Shown: positions 57,363 to 64,000 of the stretch, piece after piece | Layout of the letters: each line of letters starts with the position of its first letter | Position numbering within the stretch: position 1 is the first letter of the stretch | Sequence record: NC_027399.1 | DNA length: 64,000 nt | Direction: 5' to 3' (one strand) | Notes under the pieces: model-generated | Told to the model about the DNA's origin: nothing | The model's input: only the letters and a program-made list of their open reading frames with translations | Database searches by the model: none | Made by a program: the position numbers and the translations under genes

Positions 57363-57506
57363 ATGATTTGAAGTACTGAAAAATAATTATAAAAAGTACT
57401 TGTATTTGTGATTCAGTACTGCCATAATATATCCATACAAGGGAAACATAGTGTTTCCCGATAATCCACAGCAATAGTGCTGGTGGATGAACCAGGAGTA
57501 ATAACC

Positions 57507-57803
57507 ATGCAAGACAAATCAATTCACGTTCAAGTAGTTTCAAGCCGTGGCTATGACGATGTAGTACTGGATATCATGGTTAAAGATCTGCGGGACTATG
57601 CAATCATTGCACGTCATATCATGGTTAACTCCATTTGTATCAGTACTGGTGCTGATATGGAAGAAAACCGCTTACATATAGAGGAACATCTATACAAAGC
57701 ACGCATGAATGACAGCAGTGTATTCATCATTGAAGGTGCTGAGGGTAAAGAGTATACCGTATACCTTCGCCAGTACCTGGAAGTAGAAAAAGAAGAAGAT
57801 TAA
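57507..57803 (+). CDS. Early hypothetical protein
   Basis: AGGAG SD. Confidence 0.8.
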   Translation: MQDKSIHVQVVSSRGYDDVVLDIMVKDLRDYAIIARHIMVNSICISTGADMEENRLHIEEHLYKARMNDSSVFIIEGAEGKEYTVYLRQYLEVEKEED

Positions 57804-57894
57804 TTTATAAAAAGTACTTGCTTTAATAGTTCAGTACTGTATACTGTTTATCAAGGGGAAGCAATAGTGCCTCCCCACTCATAGGAGATACACC

Positions 57895-58293
57895 ATGTTT
57901 ACCATCACTTCTCGCCAGGATGTTCTGTACGTTGCTAAAACTTTTGGTCTGGAAGCACTGGATCATATCATCCGCAACAGTACTTTAACCCCTGAAGCCA
58001 ATCAGACTATCACTGAATGTCAGCGGTGGGCTGCATCAGAAGTGGTCAACATTGATTCATTCAATGATGGCAATACTGTATGGGAACTGGATGCATCTTT
58101 CAACGCTGTTAAAGTAGCAGGGATGTATATCACTGGCATTGATGATATTACTATCATCCGTTCGGGTATGGGTAACTTCTCCATGCCTTTACGTTCAGCA
58201 ATGGAAAGTAAAGAGATCAGTACAGAACAATGTGCAAATTTAATCAATGAGATTACCGCACGTAATGAAGCTGCTGCTATCCTTTACCCGTAG
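57895..58293 (+). CDS. Early hypothetical protein
   Basis: Promoter-stem-loop-AGGAG. Confidence 0.85.
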   Translation: MFTITSRQDVLYVAKTFGLEALDHIIRNSTLTPEANQTITECQRWAASEVVNIDSFNDGNTVWELDASFNAVKVAGMYITGIDDITIIRSGMGNFSMPLRSAMESKEISTEQCANLINEITARNEAAAILYP

Positions 58294-58312
58294 TAGTTCA
58301 GTACAGTACTGT

Positions 58313-58343
58313 AAGCCCATAGGATAAACCCTGTGGGCTTTTT
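58313..58343 (+). terminator. Intrinsic terminator closing the early island
   Basis: AAGCCCATAGG-ATAAAC-CCTGTGGGC-TTTTT. Confidence 0.85.
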
Positions 58344-58757
58344 CTTTATGGGTAATATGATTGGGTAGGTTATGGTGTAAGTACTGTCAGAATTGATTAC
58401 AGGAGGATAGCGTAAAAATTGATTAATTGATTTCAGTACTGAACTGTTATTGAGAAAAAATATTAGTCAAAAAATAATTGACTTAGAAAATATTTAAACC
58501 AATACCTTATACTGTATGAAATAGTTTCGGACTGTGATTATATATTTGACTAAGTAAAGTGGTATTAGGCTTAGCACTTTTATATAGTATTACAGTACTG
58601 GAACAATTTATGCTATTCTGTACTGAATCCTGAACATCATCCTAATCTGAATTCTATACATCTACAATGAGGGCTATTCTATGCCCCTCAAAAAAGTTTG
58701 ACACACAATAAGATTTATTTTAAATTACATTCTAGACGGCGACGCTGGAACTTATAA

Positions 58758-58946
58758 ATGAAAATATTTACAGAAGATGAAAGAATTCTATTGGAAGCAC
58801 TAATATATTCAACATTAAAGAAACAATATGTAGCCAAAGATTTGATGTTTGGATTTTTGGGTACTAACTATCAGGAAATATATGTTTTGAATTATATAGA
58901 TGCATTGAAAAGAAAGTTAAAAATACAAGTACAGAGTAACACATAG
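58758..58946 (+). CDS. Small hypothetical protein (right-end paralog family)
   Basis: QEIYVLNYIDALKRK. Confidence 0.7.
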   Translation: MKIFTEDERILLEALIYSTLKKQYVAKDLMFGFLGTNYQEIYVLNYIDALKRKLKIQVQSNT

Positions 58947-59087
58947 TACTGAACAATTTATACTATTCTGTACATCATTCTGTACTACACTAATTGAAAT
59001 TCATGGATATAAAACCCTTGTCACCCCAATAAAACTGTGATATGATGCAATTGACATGTTTTTTATAATTAAATCAGGGGACACAAA

Positions 59088-59288
59088 ATGAAAACCAGAC
59101 CATATTATGATGAAATAGAAGAAGCTTTTTCTGATGGTAATACATTAAGAAGCATTGAATTATTTTTGCTTCGTAGTTTAGGTACAGCACTTCAAGAAGA
59201 GTATGTACAAGAATACATAAATCATTTGATAACTAAGTCAATACTAAGACATATTCAAAACAAAGAGATAGTGTTAGATGATATTTAA
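59088..59288 (+). CDS. Small hypothetical protein (right-end paralog family)
   Basis: QEEYVQEYINHLITK; AGGGG SD. Confidence 0.7.
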   Translation: MKTRPYYDEIEEAFSDGNTLRSIELFLLRSLGTALQEEYVQEYINHLITKSILRHIQNKEIVLDDI

Positions 59289-59320
59289 TGATGTAACCAA
59301 TGTCTTGAACAGGAATAGTA

Positions 59321-59686
59321 ATGCAACCTAAATTAATAAATTTTAAAAAATTCGATTCAAGAGTTAGTAAATCATGTCAAGAGCATACAAAAAGATATTC
59401 AATTCAACCTAATACTGTTAGGGTAAAAGAAATCTATCTACTTCATGCACTGGATACTAATGTACAATACGGGTACTCATTGCAGTACATTGATGCATTA
59501 ATGCAAGAAATAAAAAGAAAGTGTATATGCGTGTACATTACTGGTATGAATTATGAGAAGTTCAGATTTGCAGTAAAAGACTGGAACGATCCTGCTGTGG
59601 TACTGAAAGAATGTGAAACGATGGAAGAAGCCTTGGTGTTTATCAAGACCAACAATTATCTTTGTGTAGAAAATTTATCAATTTGA
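59321..59686 (+). CDS. Hypothetical protein (right-end paralog family)
   Basis: C-terminus resembles 62666. Confidence 0.75.
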   Translation: MQPKLINFKKFDSRVSKSCQEHTKRYSIQPNTVRVKEIYLLHALDTNVQYGYSLQYIDALMQEIKRKCICVYITGMNYEKFRFAVKDWNDPAVVLKECETMEEALVFIKTNNYLCVENLSI

Positions 59687-59783
59687 CTAACCTTTGTTTG
59701 CATTAAAAGTAGACAAAGGTTTTTCTTTTTGATATGATATCAGTACTACATAATTGTATCAACTCATTGGTGAGGAATCAAAA

Positions 59784-60182
59784 ATGGCAAAGAAAAAGAA
59801 AAAGATTGACAGAACATTACGGCATCCTAAGTACAGAGTTCAATATCATGATAGTGAACAGATAGAAGTAGATTTGGGAGGTGGAAGTAGGTTAAAATAT
59901 GCTAACAATGCATATGTGAATAATAAATTTGTATTAACATTGTATAAAAATTTCAAGTATCATTCAAGTAATGATCTTCTTGATTATACATTTATTAGTA
60001 CTGAAGAAGAATTATTTCAGCATTCTTTGCTGTGTACTGTTGATATTGATTTTTCTGTACTGGTACAGTTACAGAAAGCTTTAAAGCATCAAATGTATCA
60101 ATATATTTTTCCAAATAAACTGGAAATGATTAATATGAAGAATAGATATGTTTTGGATATTACTGGTACTGAAATTGTTTAA
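59784..60182 (+). CDS. Hypothetical protein, FQLST-motif family
   Basis: GAGGA SD; STEEELFQHS. Confidence 0.75.
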   Translation: MAKKKKKIDRTLRHPKYRVQYHDSEQIEVDLGGGSRLKYANNAYVNNKFVLTLYKNFKYHSSNDLLDYTFISTEEELFQHSLLCTVDIDFSVLVQLQKALKHQMYQYIFPNKLEMINMKNRYVLDITGTEIV

Positions 60183-60206
60183 TAACAATATAACTAATGA
60201 GCCAAA

Positions 60207-60734
60207 ATGAAAATTAATATCAAAGATGATAGTGGATTAAGTACATTAGTACAAGATATATGTACTGTATACAATAAGATGAAATCCGTAACTAAAGATA
60301 AAGGAAGGATAGATGTATTACGCGGCGAATACAGATTTAATCATATATTGAGTAAAAATTTATCTGTACTGCAAACTTGTATTAGTAATGTTCAATACAA
60401 TATCATTGAATACGGTTCTTTCTTTTCTGATTATTGTTATGATAATATGATAAAGATTGACAGTACTGGTAATATTTTGGATGTTTATTTAGCACCGAGT
60501 AGTCCAGTATTAGAAATTATTAAAATTGATAATATTAATAACACATTGGAACACATTGAATTACCTCCAAGGTCCACAGAGATGACAGAGGAATATGTAT
60601 TCCAGTTAAGTACAGTACATGAATATTTTTCTGCTATTATAATGATCACAGAGTTAAAGAAAAGAATTAATCGCAAGATGCGTGTTCATGTACCTGATTT
60701 CAGTACTGAATTGATCAAGTACATTGAGATATAA
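60207..60734 (+). CDS. Hypothetical protein, FQLST-motif family
   Basis: MTEEYVFQLSTV...PDFSTEL. Confidence 0.8.
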   Translation: MKINIKDDSGLSTLVQDICTVYNKMKSVTKDKGRIDVLRGEYRFNHILSKNLSVLQTCISNVQYNIIEYGSFFSDYCYDNMIKIDSTGNILDVYLAPSSPVLEIIKIDNINNTLEHIELPPRSTEMTEEYVFQLSTVHEYFSAIIMITELKKRINRKMRVHVPDFSTELIKYIEI

Positions 60735-60807
60735 AATGTCTTGACATTGGCTTTTATTTTTGTTATTATAAACCATCATTATCATTTACAAAGAGTAAGA
60801 AAATAAA

Positions 60808-61452
60808 ATGACTACAAGTGAATTATCTGAACTGTTTGGAATTTTATCAGTACTGATGCCTAAGATTGAAAGTAATCCACATCATTTATTGAGTCCAAAA
60901 GCACAATCTATTTTCAGTATTGAAGAACTCGTGGATATGGAATATAATGTATATCGTGCTTATTTCAAAGCTATTGAAAATGGTGAGATCATTCCAAAAG
61001 AATATCTTGTTAGTATTAATGAATTGAGTTCTTACACTCGTTGTGAAATCACTCGTCGTAAAAGTTATTATAATGCTACTTGTACTTGTGAGCGAGTATT
61101 AACAGTGAAAGAAAATTCACATGATTTTAATGTAATTAATCTTACTGATGATGGTAAAGTGAAAGAAGTTATGTATCATCCTACATCAGAAGAAATTATG
61201 ATCAACAAAGGTGGTATTTGGGGAAGTCGACATAAAATTAAAATTCCTAATTACAAAGACTATGATGATGTTGATGCTTACATGTTTCAGTTAAGTACTG
61301 TAAAGGATATTAGTACTGAAGAAGAAAATATTATGAAGTTCTTTATGTTCTTACAGAAGTTTAAAAGTTCACGAAAGCGTTTGCCTAAATTTAGTACAAA
61401 CATTGAACTGATTTCATTATCTAAACTGCTAGAGTTATATGACCAAAATTGA
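60808..61452 (+). CDS. Hypothetical protein, FQLST-motif family
   Basis: AYMFQLSTV...PKFSTNI; paralog of 60207. Confidence 0.8.
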   Translation: MTTSELSELFGILSVLMPKIESNPHHLLSPKAQSIFSIEELVDMEYNVYRAYFKAIENGEIIPKEYLVSINELSSYTRCEITRRKSYYNATCTCERVLTVKENSHDFNVINLTDDGKVKEVMYHPTSEEIMINKGGIWGSRHKIKIPNYKDYDDVDAYMFQLSTVKDISTEEENIMKFFMFLQKFKSSRKRLPKFSTNIELISLSKLLELYDQN

Positions 61453-61726
61453 ATACTATTCAGTACTGAATATACAGGAAGTATGCAACGAATTATACTT
61501 CACTCCTTATACAGAAGTATTGCGTTCTGTACTACAATCACTACAGAAGGAATTCAATGCAAAGTACAAAGGAACGCCAGTGCGAACAAAAAACAATGAA
61601 TTTGTCTATGAGACTGTAATTGATCATTATATTATATCGTTCATTGATTGTGTGTTCAAAACTGATGATATTGGATGGAACAGATATTTTGATGAAACTG
61701 TTATGATCATTGGGGATAAAAAATGA
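61439..61726 (+). CDS. Hypothetical protein (MTK.EY family)
   Basis: Paralog of 61723 and 63737. Confidence 0.8.
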   Translation: MTKIEYYSVLNIQEVCNELYFTPYTEVLRSVLQSLQKEFNAKYKGTPVRTKNNEFVYETVIDHYIISFIDCVFKTDDIGWNRYFDETVMIIGDKK

Positions 61727-62004
61727 CTAAAGATGAATATAAATCTGTTTCTATTATTAGAAAAATGTGTGATTCTTTTTACAGAAATACAGAATACGGT
61801 ACTGCTATGCGTTCAGTACTGAATACGTTATCAAAAGATTTTACTCATAAGTATCATGGCCGAAAGATAAAAATTAATACTATTAATGCAGAATATTACA
61901 CAAAAATTAAAAAGTACAAGATTACATTAGGTGAATGTGATTTTCGTACTAACACTGGAATTAATGGTTCATTTTTTGGTGATTATGTGACGCTATGTGA
62001 TTAA
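61723..62004 (+). CDS. Hypothetical protein (MTK.EY family)
   Basis: ATGA overlap. Confidence 0.8.
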   Translation: MTKDEYKSVSIIRKMCDSFYRNTEYGTAMRSVLNTLSKDFTHKYHGRKIKINTINAEYYTKIKKYKITLGECDFRTNTGINGSFFGDYVTLCD

Positions 62005-62074
62005 AAATGTTTTTTTACTTACCATGTTAGTACATCGATAAAACAACCATGATATTTAATATAAAGGAAACGTT

Positions 62075-62329
62075 ATGAAACAAATTTTTAAAACCATCTG
62101 GAATTCACTGTTTAGTAAAAATACCAGTAATGTCGTTGATACTGTTGATAGTACTGTTACTACAAATACACAAAGTACATACATTCCGGTATATAGCGAT
62201 GAAAATCCATTCTATACAGAAGAAGAGAAGAAACAATGGATTGAGGATGAGATTCGTTTACGCAAAGAAGAAGCAGAGCGTATGAAACTTGAAAAAAGTA
62301 ATAAGAAATGCAACCAATGCAACAAATAA
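62075..62329 (+). CDS. Hypothetical protein
   Basis: AAGGA SD. Confidence 0.75.
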   Translation: MKQIFKTIWNSLFSKNTSNVVDTVDSTVTTNTQSTYIPVYSDENPFYTEEEKKQWIEDEIRLRKEEAERMKLEKSNKKCNQCNK

Positions 62330-62490
62330 ATTCTGACTATTATTACAGTACTGTACAGTACAATATGTATTTAAGTTCTTTTATGAATTTAAAAACGAGT
62401 TCAATAGACAAAGACGTATATGAAAGTATATTGGGTTGTTTGAATCATAGTATTCATAAATTATATAAATTAAAAGGTACGTTGGGATGA
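62308..62490 (+). CDS. Small hypothetical protein (right-end family)
   Basis: Ends IHKLYKLKGTL. Confidence 0.6.
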   Translation: MQPMQQINSDYYYSTVQYNMYLSSFMNLKTSSIDKDVYESILGCLNHSIHKLYKLKGTLG

Positions 62491-62669
62491 TTGATAATTA
62501 CCAACAAATAAAAATACTATCTGAGTATTATAAAATTGATACTAATTATATAGTACGGATGCCTGTAGAGTTGGATGAATCTTTACATAAGTGGAGATAT
62601 TTTTCAGTATTAAATAATTTGAATTTTGTCATTAATAGTTTATATGAATTACAAGGTAAATTACCATGA
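62487..62669 (+). CDS. Small hypothetical protein (right-end family)
   Basis: Ends INSLYELQGKLP. Confidence 0.7.
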   Translation: MIDNYQQIKILSEYYKIDTNYIVRMPVELDESLHKWRYFSVLNNLNFVINSLYELQGKLP

Positions 62670-63013
62670 AATATAAACGATGTGATGATGGATATCTGGC
62701 TGCCAGGTATTACAGTAAATTTGTATCTACAACTAACAAAGATGATTTGTTATTGCTTATGTTAGTAGGTACAATTAAACAAGAAATGGCGGTGGAAAGA
62801 TATATCAACACGTTAATACATAAAATGGTACTGAAACACAGGCTGGTTAAGATCAGGACTATTGGTGGTTATGAACCTTATAAATTTGGTGTATTTTATC
62901 TTGACAATACTAAATTAGCTGCTGCTGATTCTATTATAATTTGTGAGTCCATTGAAAAAGCAGTTCAGTACTGTAAAAATAATAATTATAGATTGATTGG
63001 TACAGAGGTATGA
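62666..63013 (+). CDS. Hypothetical protein (right-end family)
   Basis: QEMAVERYINTLIHK. Confidence 0.75.
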   Translation: MKYKRCDDGYLAARYYSKFVSTTNKDDLLLLMLVGTIKQEMAVERYINTLIHKMVLKHRLVKIRTIGGYEPYKFGVFYLDNTKLAAADSIIICESIEKAVQYCKNNNYRLIGTEV

Positions 63014-63016
63014 ATT

Positions 63017-63259
63017 ATGATGAGTTTAAAATTTTATGACCATTTACCAAAAAGTATTAAATTCAGTAATATACAATATTATACATTAGAAGATTGGGAA
63101 ATGCATTATCGAAAGATACTCGGTTTTTCTTTGGGATTTGAAGAAACTGAGTACCAGGAAATACATTATAATTATTATATTGAAATATTAAAATGTATGA
63201 TACATAAAGATTATGAAATTTTAATTTCCAGATATATAGTGACGAGTAAAAATGGATAA
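63017..63259 (+). CDS. Hypothetical protein (right-end family)
   Basis: QEIHYNYYIEILK. Confidence 0.7.
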   Translation: MMSLKFYDHLPKSIKFSNIQYYTLEDWEMHYRKILGFSLGFEETEYQEIHYNYYIEILKCMIHKDYEILISRYIVTSKNG

Positions 63260-63415
63260 AGAAACAAAGAAGAAATTAACTGAACTTATTGAAGCATCTA
63301 TTAATGCTGAGGGTGCTTTCTTTGAACACTACGATAAGTATGATAAAAAAGGACGAGTATTGTGGGAGAAGCGTAATAGTACCAGGAAGGAGTTGGATGA
63401 ATTTATTTCTAAATT

Positions 63416-63634
63416 GTGAGGAAATTAGTGAATAGTCCAAATGGTCGTGCATCTATATCCCAACTATATTTGTATAATCTTAAATTATCTTATATTATAA
63501 AATCAATAAAAACTCAAAATAACTTCATTGGTTTGCCTAATTATGTAAGAGAAATGGAGATAGATTCATTTGTTAAGGATATGATAGAAATATATAAAAT
63601 TCAAGGTAAGTTACCACCGTTTGATGCGTTGTAA
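63416..63634 (+). CDS. Small hypothetical protein (right-end family)
   Basis: Ends IEIYKIQGKLP; start uncertain. Confidence 0.6.
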   Translation: MRKLVNSPNGRASISQLYLYNLKLSYIIKSIKTQNNFIGLPNYVREMEIDSFVKDMIEIYKIQGKLPPFDAL

Positions 63635-63736
63635 TACTATTCACTTCATCCCCACCGTGTGTCTTTTTTAAACACTTGACTTCCAGTCAAATCTGTGTTA
63701 TTGTTATCATTGTAATAATAAAAATGGTACAATATA

Positions 63737-64000
63737 ATGACCAAAAGTGAATACTATTCTGTACTGAATATTCAGGAAGCGTGCAAAGGTTTATACTTTA
63801 CTCCTTATACTGAAGTTATGCGTTCTGTGTTACACTCATTACAGATGGAATTTAATGCAAAGTACAAAGGGACACCCATTTCCATAAAATGTTATAATGA
63901 AGATTTTGGTGTTTTAATTAATAGTTATAGTATAACATTTATTGTTTGTTATTTTGAAACATCGGGTTCTATAGCAGTGACAAGAAAATATTTTGATTCT
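63737..64000 (+). CDS. Partial hypothetical protein (MTK.EY family), runs off window
   Basis: MTKSEYYSVLNIQEACKGLYFTPYTEV, close paralog of 61439. Confidence 0.8.
   Translation, partial: MTKSEYYSVLNIQEACKGLYFTPYTEVMRSVLHSLQMEFNAKYKGTPISIKCYNEDFGVLINSYSITFIVCYFETSGSIAVTRKYFDS

Larger units (their letters stand above)
39618..57838 (+). promoter_or_regulatory. Family of sigma70 promoters carrying AGTACT-N14-AGTACT (at least 18 copies)
   Basis: First AGTACT at 39618, 40484, 40850, 41970, 44977, 45045, 46691, 47279, 48253, 48567, 49275, 50273, 50787, 51566, 53153, 54092, 57395, 57813; overlaps -35 (TTG) and abuts -10; usually followed by stem-loop and AGGAG. Confidence 0.85.

Noticed and set aside
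39618-57838. AGTACT pairs as host TrpR or LexA operators
   Set aside because: TrpR uses GTACT-N8-AGTAC and LexA CTG-N10-CAG; the observed N14 spacing fits neither
2153-60676. All minus-strand ORFs in the supplied track (e.g. 19562..20083, 30787..31242, 34519..34989, 43989..44480, 51005..51484)
   Set aside because: They are antisense shadows of well-supported plus-strand genes, lack SD sequences and have no recognisable motifs
1-64000. Integrase, transposase, rRNA or structural-gene modules
   Set aside because: No such motifs were seen in any translated ORF

Overview
64 kb of an AT-rich (about 30% GC by eye) lytic jumbo-phage genome infecting an enterobacterium. Gene content (T4-like denV, TATAAATA late promoters, very many small co-oriented ORFs) resembles the RaK2/GAP32/CBB/121Q group; this assignment is an inference. 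Essentially all real genes are on the + strand and most are hypothetical. Recognisable products: sigma70-family factor, DksA/TraR zinc finger, secreted NucA/EndA-type nuclease, denV, AAA+ ATPase, YgiB/DUF1190 lipoprotein, ClpP-like and HslV-like proteases, a PD-(D/E)XK nuclease-like protein, an ADP-ribosyltransferase-like protein, a Ser/Thr kinase-like protein and an H-NS/MvaT-like protein. The non-coding content is the most striking part. (1) An island at about 38-58.4 kb has host-like codon usage and dozens of consensus sigma70 promoter/stem-loop/RBS cassettes; it is probably a long terminal repeat or first-injected region. (2) Confined to that island are 13 promoter-driven but gene-less elements sharing a CCC-N3/4-GGGTG...TGTATCTAT core. 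(3) A cluster of about 8 Fur boxes and several perfect CpxR-type boxes is built into those elements. (4) The palindrome AGTACT is hyper-iterated window-wide and sits as a 20-bp-spaced pair in at least 18 island promoters. (5) Four promoter-associated tRNA-like or stem-loop RNAs lie at 8.7-10.2 kb, and two long structured non-coding transcripts at 5.4-6.05 kb and 38.45-38.94 kb. Ns and homopolymer frameshifts show the assembly is imperfect.
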